Below, piece after piece: positions 55,353 to 64,000 of a DNA stretch of 64,000 nt. The notes beneath the pieces are model-generated. The model was not told where the DNA came from. It searched no databases and was given only the letters and a program-made list of their open reading frames with translations. The translations under genes were made by a program, and so were the position numbers. Each line of letters starts with the position of its first letter. The stretch's first letter is position 1. Source of the DNA: an uncultured Bacteriovoracaceae bacterium (GTDB lineage Bacteria > Bdellovibrionota > Bacteriovoracia > Bacteriovoracales > Bacteriovoracaceae); contig CAXGUD010000004.1 in the NCBI GenBank assembly GCA_964012805.1, forward strand, positions 86,900 through 150,899. Reading direction: 5' to 3'.

Positions 55353-58300
55353 TTGATGGGTGATGACAAAAAACCAAGCGAAAAAATCAGGTTTGGAGGG
55401 GGAAGAAGTTTTTACTTCTGGGTAGTATTGCTTTGTCTCTTTTTTCTTACATCTTGTATACCGACTGCGATAAATGAAAAAGCTACCTGTGATACAGGAA
55501 AGACCTTTGACAGCCTAACAAGAAGTTGCGTGACGATAAGCTTGGTCTCAATACCTATAACGTCATCTCTCAGCTTCAATGAAGATGTCACTACAGATTT
55601 AACACTTTCTTACAGAGACCATGATAACGATAATGCGACCTCTTGTGATGCAACCACTAGTCCTTCTCGGGATACTGAAATTTCTCTCATATCGTGTTCA
55701 TGCCTTGGTGGAAATTGTACGGTTCGAATTAATTCGGAACCAAATTGGAATGGTCAGTCTGAGTTTTCTTACAGGATAACGGACAATGATGGAACCTCAC
55801 CTTATAAATTAGTGTCTTTGACGGTTACGCCTATTAATGACCCTCCGATTATTGATGCCACAACCTATAAGGGAGAAGAAGGAACTAATAAGACTTTTGA
55901 CTTGAGTGATAATGGTACGGTTATTGATCCGGATGTAGCCACAAATGGGGAGGCGCTTACCTATGAAGTAGAGCTATTAGATATCAATGATGGCATCTTT
56001 GAGAGTGGGACTGGAAAGGATTCGAACAATACAGGACAATTCACTTTTGATCCAAGCGGCGACATAAGTGGGGAAATTTCTTTTAAGGTAACAGTCAGGG
56101 ATTTAATTCATGAGATAACAAAGGATATGACAATTGATTTGGAAGCGACGGATGATACGCTTATTGGAACTAGTCCACCTTTAACGATAATTGAGGATTC
56201 TTCGACTGAAGTGACTCTTTCTTATCGTGACCCTGATGCTAGTTACGACATTTCTCATGATACCACGGCTGACGCTTGTGAGGTCGATGTTAGCAGTGAC
56301 CACGGAACAGACTTTTTCGCTTCCTCCGCTTGTGCTTGTGATCCAACTGGTGTTTGTAAAGTCACCCTTATGGCGGCCAATAATATCAACAGCTCTATTC
56401 CCGGCCGCTCTTTTAATTTTTCCTACAGGCTACAAGATAGCAGTTGGGGGGCGTGGGGTGAATATCACAATGTCGATGTTACGATTGATGCTGTTTCTGA
56501 TAAACCTTTGGCCTTTTCTTTTGATGTGAATGCTATCGAGAGCAATACAATAGATGCTACAGCGATTACTTTTAAGATTGCTGATGCAACAGCAGCTCTC
56601 ATGTTTGATGGTGATCAATTTCATGAATCCACGAGTGATGCTAAGTTTTATATCTCTAGAGCTCCAAGTCATGGGACTTTGACTTGTTATACGGGGGACG
56701 AAAATGATGATGCTGATACAACTTTTGATGTATCAACAGATGTGAGTATTACCTCCGATGCTTCTTTTGATGCGAATCGGGAATGTAAGTATTTACCAAG
56801 AACAGGAAACCTTTCAGGTGAAGGTACTGAAGCCAGTGTTGATCTAAAAAGTGTTAACTTTAAAAGTCGTTTTAAGGGAGAAGCAGGAAACTATATAAGA
56901 ATTTTTGTAATTCCTTTTGATTCAACGGCAGATAAGGAGTTTATTGAAGTTGTTGGTCAAGCCAATGAGGCAACAGTAGATATAAAAATTTATGTTTCAC
57001 TCGATACAACACCTGATGTTGTTGCAAGTCTTGTTGATGGCCACCCTGTAGCCTCTCTTTTAGTTGATGCAAGTGCGCTTTCTAATACTCCTATGGTTTC
57101 AAGTTCATCAGATTCTACCTACGATAACCTGGAGGGAGGAACCAACGCAGCAGACTCTTTTAGTTATTTTGTCTGTGATGATTCGAATCCAGACTGTACA
57201 ATACCTCAAAGTGACCTAAGTAATATTGCAACTGTTAATTTTAATATACAAGCAACTAATGATTCAACAACCCTTTGCCATTATTCCCTCTATGAATATG
57301 CACCCGAGTGCGGACTGAATGATTGTTTTGATAATTCTTCGCCTTATAACAGGATTACTCCTTCCTCACACAACTCAGAAGCAAATGAGCCCGTTATTTA
57401 TTATGATCGATCAAATTCTGTTTGCTGGGAGAGTACCGGGACTTCGAAAACAGATTGGAAGGTCATTAGTTCTCGTATTCAAAATCAAATAGTAAATGAA
57501 AAAGGTAAAATTGTGATTTCAGGTATAAGAATAAGTGAAGGGGGAGCCGAAGAAGCCTCACAAGTTTTAAAATTAGGTGGAGATATTACTAGTGACAACA
57601 ATATTCTAATCCCCAAACAAAATATAAAGTTTTACTATGGTTCCACTGAAATTACCCCAGGGGCAGATCTCGACGATAATACCTATAGTTCTGATGCCAG
57701 CGAATTTAGAATTGAGATCGTACCCGTTTCAGGGCAATCAGGAAAAAGTAACATTCATTTTAAAATATTCGATGATAACAATGACTATTTAGATGTTAGT
57801 TTTGATGTAACCGTCAACGCTGTTTCAGCTCAGCATAATGGATGGGTTTCTCTTTCCGCAGTAGGGCCGAAGGTCAATAAATACGAACAACCGAAAGATG
57901 AAAGTGCTATTTGTCCTTACAGCGAGACTAAGTGTGGATCAGGTTCTCCTTGTTTGGGAACAACATCTCCTAAGGATGCAATAATTCCAGATGTCGCTTA
58001 TGCAATCTATTATGATTCAGAAAATAATAAATGTTATTATTCAACAAGTGGTGATAGTTCGGCGGATTGGACTGAGTTTACAGACCCTCTTTATTGTCCA
58101 ATTTCTCAAAGTGATCTGGCAAATGAATGTAATAGCTCTGTTAGAGGGAGTTGTATATTTAACCAAGACACAAGTGCAGATCTTTTTTCTGATATGAATG
58201 TAGATGGATCAAGTGATTACAATAATATCTATTACAACTTAAAAACAAAAAAATGTTATCGGAATGTAACAAATTCTGTTCCTAATAATGTAGCTGACAT

Positions 58301-60419
58301 TGAGGAAATTTATGCTGGGGCTTCGGTTTCTCTAGAGTGGAATGCATTTACTATATCTGGTACAGGTGCTGAATTGAAAGGTCACAATGTTTATCGGAGA
58401 ATAGCCAAAAGTGGATATAAATTTGACTATGATTCACCCATTAATAAGACGTTAATTTCTAGCACAATAAGTTCCTACACAGATAATGGAACTAATTCGA
58501 AAACACCACCAATTCCTGGAACAGTTTATTTTTATGAAGTTCGCCCCGTCATCACTTTTGGTGGTTCTGATATACCAACAGATACATCTGAAGTTTATAA
58601 AACCATAAGGGTTATTGCTCCTCCAAACAATATGGTCTTTGTTCATCAATCAATGGCCAATAAAGGAATTTGTTCTTTGATGAATGCTGAAAGTGATCCT
58701 CGCTATCAAAACTACTGCACTTATCAGGGACCGGGAGAGAAAATTGATGACGATGGAACTCGAACGTCTTTAGTTTTTGATGTTAAACACCACTTGCTTG
58801 TCGATCGTTTTGAGGCCGGTTGCCATTTTACAAATCCACCTGTTTGTAGTGGGACCAACGATGGCTCTTGTATAAGAATTAGTGACCCAACCGGAGACCC
58901 AGCTGATAGTAATGATGATGTTGATGCTAGCGATGATAAGATTTTTTACGATAGAGGATCTGGAAATTGTATAATAAAAAAGCCAGGACATTGGAAAATA
59001 ATAGAGGCTTCGACTGACATTACAACGTTAGATGAATTCGAATTCGACCACCGTTTGGCCGAGTTACCACCTTTTGTAAACATTAAGCAGGAGTTTGCTC
59101 ATGATTTTTGCAAGCTTAGGTCAACGAACAAGATTTCAAAAATTGTGGGGTTGGTTAATGATAATGTTTCTACATCTCTAAAAGGTCGTTTGCCCTCAAG
59201 GACTGAACAGATAGCCTATTCACTTTGGCCATCAACTATGACGACAAGTAGCATTCAAAATATTGAGGAAGGACTTTCTCTTAATGCGAGTTCAAAATGT
59301 AATACGGCTCAAGCGAATGGTCTTTCCGATAAATATTCAGATGCTGATCATCCCGATTCAAATACTCTTTATACAATTCCCGGCTCAAGGACTTCAGGAA
59401 TAAGATCACTTATGACAGGATCTGATTTGACGAACGGAACTTCTAGTTGTTCATCTCAATTTGGTGTTCAGGATGCTGTTGGAAACGTTAAAGAATGGGT
59501 CTTTGATAGAATTAAATGCCCGTCCCTAAGTACCTGTGAAGGAATTGTTAAAGGAGATTCACCTGGGGATGAACTGCTGCCTCCTTCTGTGGTTCCAAAT
59601 GATGGGACCGGAGATCATTTTAACACGTCAGATTCTTATGCATCTTTTCAAAAATATAAGTTAGATGGAAAAATAGGGCCTTGCCGTGATTCGAATTCTG
59701 ATGGTGATTGTGACTCTTTTATGGGAGAGTGGGAGTTTGATGATCAATTATTTTCAGCAGGTCGGTTTATTGTGCCTATGGGTTTACCTGCTCACACTGA
59801 CTTTCCTAATAACTATTCTTCAGATGTATCTCCTTACCTATTAGAAATTGGTCCAACCAATGGGATAACAAATGCACGCTTAGCAAACGATAAATTTATT
59901 CTTAATAGTCATCATATTTTTGCAGAAAAAGAGGGCTGCGGATCTCTTGCTGGTGGGGGAGGCTATTTAGATAATGGGGGAGCAGGTGTTTTCCACTTGG
60001 AGGTCATTCCTTGCACAGATACAAGTTACCAGTATATAACTGTCGGCCAGATGTCGATTAAGGCCCTAAAAAAGGAGCCACAATTGAAGTTAACTATCAA
60101 TGCAACATCTGACCTAGGATCTGGTGGTACTGTTCAAATAGGTTCCGCCAATACAATAGATAACTCTGCCGATATTTATATTGAAGCGACAACAGACGTA
60201 TCAACTTATTTAAACATTGTGACTCAATTAGACATTAGCCTTAATGCAACTGTAGATGCCGTCGTCAGTGAAGGAGATGGAGGAGATGTTATTAGTCAGT
60301 CAACTTCTCAAACCTCTTTTACGGTTATTAACTCTTCTCCAAAAAGACCTGATGTCGGGTTTAGGTGTGTGGTCCCTCTACCAGATTCTAACACTATCTT
60401 TGAAGAGCCCGTTCCTTAG
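55353..60419 (+). CDS. Giant surface lipoprotein: cadherin/Ig-like repeats, Cys-rich repeats, FN3-like and C-terminal FGE-sulfatase (CLec)-like domain
   Basis: Lipobox LTSC; FNED/IIED...YRD.D...VTPINDPP repeats; VSLEWN...YFYEVRPV; GVQDAVGNVKEWV...VGFRCV. Confidence 0.85.
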   Translation: MMGDDKKPSEKIRFGGGRSFYFWVVLLCLFFLTSCIPTAINEKATCDTGKTFDSLTRSCVTISLVSIPITSSLSFNEDVTTDLTLSYRDHDNDNATSCDATTSPSRDTEISLISCSCLGGNCTVRINSEPNWNGQSEFSYRITDNDGTSPYKLVSLTVTPINDPPIIDATTYKGEEGTNKTFDLSDNGTVIDPDVATNGEALTYEVELLDINDGIFESGTGKDSNNTGQFTFDPSGDISGEISFKVTVRDLIHEITKDMTIDLEATDDTLIGTSPPLTIIEDSSTEVTLSYRDPDASYDISHDTTADACEVDVSSDHGTDFFASSACACDPTGVCKVTLMAANNINSSIPGRSFNFSYRLQDSSWGAWGEYHNVDVTIDAVSDKPLAFSFDVNAIESNTIDATAITFKIADATAALMFDGDQFHESTSDAKFYISRAPSHGTLTCYTGDENDDADTTFDVSTDVSITSDASFDANRECKYLPRTGNLSGEGTEASVDLKSVNFKSRFKGEAGNYIRIFVIPFDSTADKEFIEVVGQANEATVDIKIYVSLDTTPDVVASLVDGHPVASLLVDASALSNTPMVSSSSDSTYDNLEGGTNAADSFSYFVCDDSNPDCTIPQSDLSNIATVNFNIQATNDSTTLCHYSLYEYAPECGLNDCFDNSSPYNRITPSSHNSEANEPVIYYDRSNSVCWESTGTSKTDWKVISSRIQNQIVNEKGKIVISGIRISEGGAEEASQVLKLGGDITSDNNILIPKQNIKFYYGSTEITPGADLDDNTYSSDASEFRIEIVPVSGQSGKSNIHFKIFDDNNDYLDVSFDVTVNAVSAQHNGWVSLSAVGPKVNKYEQPKDESAICPYSETKCGSGSPCLGTTSPKDAIIPDVAYAIYYDSENNKCYYSTSGDSSADWTEFTDPLYCPISQSDLANECNSSVRGSCIFNQDTSADLFSDMNVDGSSDYNNIYYNLKTKKCYRNVTNSVPNNVADIEEIYAGASVSLEWNAFTISGTGAELKGHNVYRRIAKSGYKFDYDSPINKTLISSTISSYTDNGTNSKTPPIPGTVYFYEVRPVITFGGSDIPTDTSEVYKTIRVIAPPNNMVFVHQSMANKGICSLMNAESDPRYQNYCTYQGPGEKIDDDGTRTSLVFDVKHHLLVDRFEAGCHFTNPPVCSGTNDGSCIRISDPTGDPADSNDDVDASDDKIFYDRGSGNCIIKKPGHWKIIEASTDITTLDEFEFDHRLAELPPFVNIKQEFAHDFCKLRSTNKISKIVGLVNDNVSTSLKGRLPSRTEQIAYSLWPSTMTTSSIQNIEEGLSLNASSKCNTAQANGLSDKYSDADHPDSNTLYTIPGSRTSGIRSLMTGSDLTNGTSSCSSQFGVQDAVGNVKEWVFDRIKCPSLSTCEGIVKGDSPGDELLPPSVVPNDGTGDHFNTSDSYASFQKYKLDGKIGPCRDSNSDGDCDSFMGEWEFDDQLFSAGRFIVPMGLPAHTDFPNNYSSDVSPYLLEIGPTNGITNARLANDKFILNSHHIFAEKEGCGSLAGGGGYLDNGGAGVFHLEVIPCTDTSYQYITVGQMSIKALKKEPQLKLTINATSDLGSGGTVQIGSANTIDNSADIYIEATTDVSTYLNIVTQLDISLNATVDAVVSEGDGGDVISQSTSQTSFTVINSSPKRPDVGFRCVVPLPDSNTIFEEPVP

Positions 60420-60429
60420 TCTTTATTTA

Positions 60430-60456
60430 TCAAGTTATATTTAATTTTCTCGATAA
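60430..60456 (+). promoter_or_regulatory. Sigma28-like promoter candidate
   Basis: TCAAGTTA-N11-CTCGATAA, 36 nt upstream of 60493. Confidence 0.55.
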
Positions 60457-60492
60457 GTATTTAGAGGAACTCTTTTTTTAAGGAAAAAAGAA

Positions 60493-61455
60493 ATGAGAAA
60501 TTTAGGAGCATGGGGAGCCCTTTTAGTTATATTTGTTGGTTCTTTTTATATGGGTAAAGCTACCTCTTATAGGGGGGCCAATTTATCAGTAAAGAAAGAA
60601 CCTTTAAGAAAAGATAAAAGGAAAGCCGAAAGTAAAAGGTCTCATAAAAAAAGAAAGGAGTATGATAGAGGACCTCAATCGATTAAAGAAAATTCTTTAA
60701 AGAGAGAAAAACTAAAAACTATTTCTCAATTCATAAAAAAAGAGCCTTATCTAAAGATGGCCAAAATTATGAAAATTAAAAAGGGCCATGAAGAAAAAGA
60801 TCCTATTTTAAATGTTATTATTTCTTTAGAAGAATCGAGTTCTATTTCCCACGAAGATTTCGTAAAGAGCAAAGACCGCCTTCTTGAGTATTTGTCTAAA
60901 AATCCTGAAGAGTCTTTTAAGCAAATGGTCGACGTTGTAAGAAGTGATGTCGGAAGAGATAATTCTTCTTTACGGGGTCAGTTGATGGTCGCCATGAGTT
61001 TTGTTCCAGGAAAAGAGGAAGAAGTCAAAGACTTGGCCATTGAAGAATTAAAAACTAATATTGTTCCTATCAATCCTCCCCTTTCTGTTCCTGGAGATTC
61101 TAAAGAAAAATTTAAAATGATGGGAGCGATGGAACAAGTAGCTGTTATTAAGGCCTACGAGGCTTTTTTAAGTGCTTCTCACAAGAATTTGGAAAATGTT
61201 CAAGAGGAAACTCTTGAAATTTTAAGCTTTCAAAAAAACCTCACTGTCAGAAGAAATCTGGCCATTCTTTATGATAAGGCCTTTCCAAATAAACGAATGG
61301 AAATGCTTCAGAAAATGAAAGAGAAAGGTATCAACCTTATGAAAAAGATGGCCCCTAGGGGTATTGGTGCTGGGGTTGACGAATATTATGAAAACGACGG
61401 GAGTGATAGGAGTCGTTACTACGATTTTCAAGAAGATGAGAGGGAGGACGTTTAA
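60493..61455 (+). CDS. Membrane-anchored hypothetical protein, helical C-terminal domain
   Basis: N-terminal TM, Lys-rich linker, AAGGA RBS. Confidence 0.75.
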   Translation: MRNLGAWGALLVIFVGSFYMGKATSYRGANLSVKKEPLRKDKRKAESKRSHKKRKEYDRGPQSIKENSLKREKLKTISQFIKKEPYLKMAKIMKIKKGHEEKDPILNVIISLEESSSISHEDFVKSKDRLLEYLSKNPEESFKQMVDVVRSDVGRDNSSLRGQLMVAMSFVPGKEEEVKDLAIEELKTNIVPINPPLSVPGDSKEKFKMMGAMEQVAVIKAYEAFLSASHKNLENVQEETLEILSFQKNLTVRRNLAILYDKAFPNKRMEMLQKMKEKGINLMKKMAPRGIGAGVDEYYENDGSDRSRYYDFQEDEREDV

Positions 61456-61457
61456 AA

Positions 61458-62264
61458 ATGAACAAGTGGATTTTAGGGTTTCTTTCAATCGTACTTTCTT
61501 TTTTAGGCTTTCATTTGGGAAGCCGTCAGGTTGAGGAAAAAGTACCAACCTTTAAAACTATTAGAATAGGGGATCTTTCATCGGAACTAACAGGGGATGG
61601 ATCAAGAAGACCGACCGGAGGTAGTGGAACGCAAGGTCAGATACATCTAAAAGGCTTAAAGAGAGGTCCTCAAAGCCAAGGGCATTCAAGTGGAGAAAAG
61701 GAAAGGGAAGAAGAAATCTATTTTAGATCGCACCTTTCAGATAGAGGAAATTTAGACATCTATATAAAAACGAAAAACCTTTTTAGAAACTATGAGAAGA
61801 AAGAAGCTTTGGCCCGTTGGATGGTTCTTGGTAACTTTTTTTCGAGCTCTAAATCTTACGGAGACCTTTTTTATTCTTCTGTTAGGAATCTTAATGAGGA
61901 TCCTAAAAAGACATTGGAGGTTCTTCAAAAATCTATGATCAATATGGGACAAGAAGACTCCTACCTGAGAGGAATGGCGGTTAATTTAGTTCACCATTTG
62001 GAATTAGAGGATGAAGAGAAAGTTTCATTTTTTGGAAAAGAAATTGACCGACCCTTAAAAGTGAGCGAGGGAGGTGATTTGGGATATAACGCTTCATCTA
62101 TTGTTCCTTCCCTCCTTTATCTTAAACAATATTCAAAAGATGATGTCATAACGGTTGAACTGTTAAAAAAGTCTCTTGAAAAAAATCAGAGGAATCCCGA
62201 GACCCAAAAAAGCTTAAGGGACCGTTACCTTGCTTTTTTTCCTAATTTGGCCCATCGAATTTAA
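61458..62264 (+). CDS. Membrane-anchored hypothetical protein, distant paralog of upstream gene
   Basis: N-terminal TM, Gly-rich linker, GGAGG RBS, shared RGPQS, LRG and FP motifs. Confidence 0.75.
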   Translation: MNKWILGFLSIVLSFLGFHLGSRQVEEKVPTFKTIRIGDLSSELTGDGSRRPTGGSGTQGQIHLKGLKRGPQSQGHSSGEKEREEEIYFRSHLSDRGNLDIYIKTKNLFRNYEKKEALARWMVLGNFFSSSKSYGDLFYSSVRNLNEDPKKTLEVLQKSMINMGQEDSYLRGMAVNLVHHLELEDEEKVSFFGKEIDRPLKVSEGGDLGYNASSIVPSLLYLKQYSKDDVITVELLKKSLEKNQRNPETQKSLRDRYLAFFPNLAHRI

Positions 62265-62277
62265 AGGGAGTAGAGTA

Positions 62278-63252
62278 GTGAATCGACTAGGTTTAATAAT
62301 TTTTCTTTTTTTTACTCTAAAACTTTCGTTAGAAATCAACACGGCTTTTGCCTTTGGTGGAAATAGTTTTAGCGGTGATGACTCAGCTTATTCTGAAAAT
62401 CAATGCCGCTCTGAGGTTGCCTGCACTTACGGAAATATGCCTCTTCAAAGGCAAGGATCTATTATGCTCCGCTGGTATTTAAATGAAAAAGAGCAGCTTT
62501 CTGTAAAGTCAGACCCTGGCTGGTGTGGTGCCGTCGCTGGGATGATGGCACTCTATGGTTTGAAGGCCCACAACCCTCAAATTAAATGGAATTCTTGGCC
62601 TGATGAAGTACCTTTTAAAAGAATCAAAAAAAAGAACCTCCACTACGGAGTTTGGAAGACTGGCAAATTATTTAAAACTAACTTTGAAAAGGGAGGAACT
62701 TACGGTCATCATGCGGCTTTAGGGCTTCAGAATATTTGGGATAATTTAGAAGGGGCCAAGTGGAAGCATTATTCTAATGAACGTTACCTACCTCTTTGGT
62801 CCACTGAGACTCTAAAGCAGGATATCTTAGAAAAAAAGCATGTGAGTTATGTGGGAATTAGCAAAGAAAAAGTTAAAATTGTCCGCTCCTTATCTCCTCA
62901 GATTTTTTATGATGATGAAATTAAGAAGAGGTACTTGGATGTTGGGTATTTTGAGGTGCCTGTGAGCAGAGAGGGTGGCCATGCCCTTGTCATAAATGGC
63001 TATGATGGTGACCACTTGATTCTTTATGACCCTTGGGGAAGGATCTATACGGCAAAAGCATCTAATTACCTATATGCTGTTGAAAAAGGCTTCCTCTCTG
63101 ATAAGGTCATTTCGGGTTCTCATAGAACACGCTTTACCTATGGCAAAAAGAAAAAAAGAAACTGGATGAATTTTAGCCATTTTATTGAGCATGCGGGTGA
63201 ATTCAGGTTTCATAATATTTTAATGACAAAAACAAATATTGGCTTACGTTAG
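62278..63252 (+). CDS. Secreted papain-like (C39-like) cysteine peptidase
   Basis: GWCGAVA, GGHALVINGY, LYDPWG (Cys-His-Asp); GTG 62278 after GGGAG gives a signal peptide ending AFA (ORF track 62230). Confidence 0.78.
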   Translation: MNRLGLIIFLFFTLKLSLEINTAFAFGGNSFSGDDSAYSENQCRSEVACTYGNMPLQRQGSIMLRWYLNEKEQLSVKSDPGWCGAVAGMMALYGLKAHNPQIKWNSWPDEVPFKRIKKKNLHYGVWKTGKLFKTNFEKGGTYGHHAALGLQNIWDNLEGAKWKHYSNERYLPLWSTETLKQDILEKKHVSYVGISKEKVKIVRSLSPQIFYDDEIKKRYLDVGYFEVPVSREGGHALVINGYDGDHLILYDPWGRIYTAKASNYLYAVEKGFLSDKVISGSHRTRFTYGKKKKRNWMNFSHFIEHAGEFRFHNILMTKTNIGLR

Positions 63253-63312
63253 TAAAATATTCTGTTAGGATACTCAATGTAAGACTAGAATTTTAAATTA
63301 GGGCAAGGGTCT

Positions 63313-63906
63313 ATGGAAGAGAATGGTACTGGCTTCGATGTGGATAAAATGCGTCAGGACATGAGAAAAGTTGTCATGAAGCGGATTGGGCCTGAAATTG
63401 AAATAGACTATGAGGTAATAGAAGACTTTAAAATAACCAAGCCAGAAAGTCAGAGACTTCTTTCCATTATCTTCATTCAAAATAGCGCCATCACATTCAA
63501 TCTTCAAATCAGTTATTCAATTGAGGACGCTCTTTTCTTTTCCAATTTTAAAGATAGTGGAAAAATGACTACTGATGAAAAAAAGGCGATGGCCAAAGAT
63601 TTTATTAATGAGTTATGCAATATGGCAGGTGGTGGGATTAAACACTTGGTTGAAGAAGAAGGAATTGATTCACTTATAAGTCTTCCTGTTTCAACCAGGA
63701 CTGAAGATCAGGATTTATTCAGGGCCCATCCCAAAGGGACGAGTCGAGTGATTACAGACCAATGGATGCTAGAGCATGCAGAGGGAAACCATAGCGTTCT
63801 TTGTTATACGAAAATGGAAGTTTTGGATGAGAAGGCCATGAAAGAAAGAATTGTCCCTGCTTTCGGTGGAGGTGACGATGCTGGTGGTGGCGTGTTTTTT
63901 CTTTAA
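63313..63906 (+). CDS. CheX/CheC-like phosphatase family protein
   Basis: DFINELCNMAGG (ExxN motif) followed by ISLP. Confidence 0.72.
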   Translation: MEENGTGFDVDKMRQDMRKVVMKRIGPEIEIDYEVIEDFKITKPESQRLLSIIFIQNSAITFNLQISYSIEDALFFSNFKDSGKMTTDEKKAMAKDFINELCNMAGGGIKHLVEEEGIDSLISLPVSTRTEDQDLFRAHPKGTSRVITDQWMLEHAEGNHSVLCYTKMEVLDEKAMKERIVPAFGGGDDAGGGVFFL

Positions 63907-64000
63907 AAAATCAGTAATGCTTTTGGAGTTAAATAATGAGTCAATTAAATGATAAGCCGAATGTTGTTTTGATAGGGGCTTCAGCTGGTGGAGTAAAGCT

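Noticed and set aside
59400..60419. Diversity-generating retroelement target (C-terminal CLec/FGE domain ending GFRC)
   Set aside because: No reverse transcriptase gene and no near-identical template repeat seen in the window; a remote DGR cannot be excluded
13139..63507. Short antisense or nested ORFs in the ORF track (e.g. 13139..13402, 31254..31652, 44067..44510, 51521..51907, 52619..52897, 61222..61548)
   Set aside because: They overlap well-supported genes and show no motifs; treated as shadow ORFs
1..64000. CRISPR array, tRNA, rRNA, IS element or prophage
   Set aside because: No regularly spaced repeats, recognisable structural RNA, transposase, integrase or phage gene cluster; the sheath-like motif lies inside a lipoprotein

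Overview
AT-rich bacterial chromosomal window with about 43 densely packed protein-coding genes. No rRNA, tRNA, CRISPR array, transposase, integrase or reverse transcriptase was recognised. The many Lys-rich secreted hypotheticals, 7TM-DISM sensors and a giant Cys-repeat lipoprotein suggest a Bdellovibrionota (Bacteriovoracia-like) organism; this is inference only. Main themes: (1) Four CheA-type (HPt + CheA-like HATPase) kinases lack a CheW domain and carry their own sensor regions. One is fused behind a complete class I hybrid kinase and one has two HPt motifs. They sit alongside a degenerate CheB/CheR hybrid kinase, two stand-alone receivers, a CheX-like protein and two shortened MotA/PomA-like proteins, with no MCP or CheW in the window. 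(2) Sigma28-like promoters recur, and there are two sigma54-like promoters. (3) A sulfur locus comprises an ETHE1-type persulfide dioxygenase, a fused NrfC-NrfD protein, a Tat-less molybdoenzyme, a TorD chaperone and a nearby TauE. (4) An O-ligase/oligosaccharyltransferase lies next to a 1688-aa mosaic surface lipoprotein, followed by two paralogous anchored proteins and a C39-like peptidase. All calls come from motif reading, not database searches.
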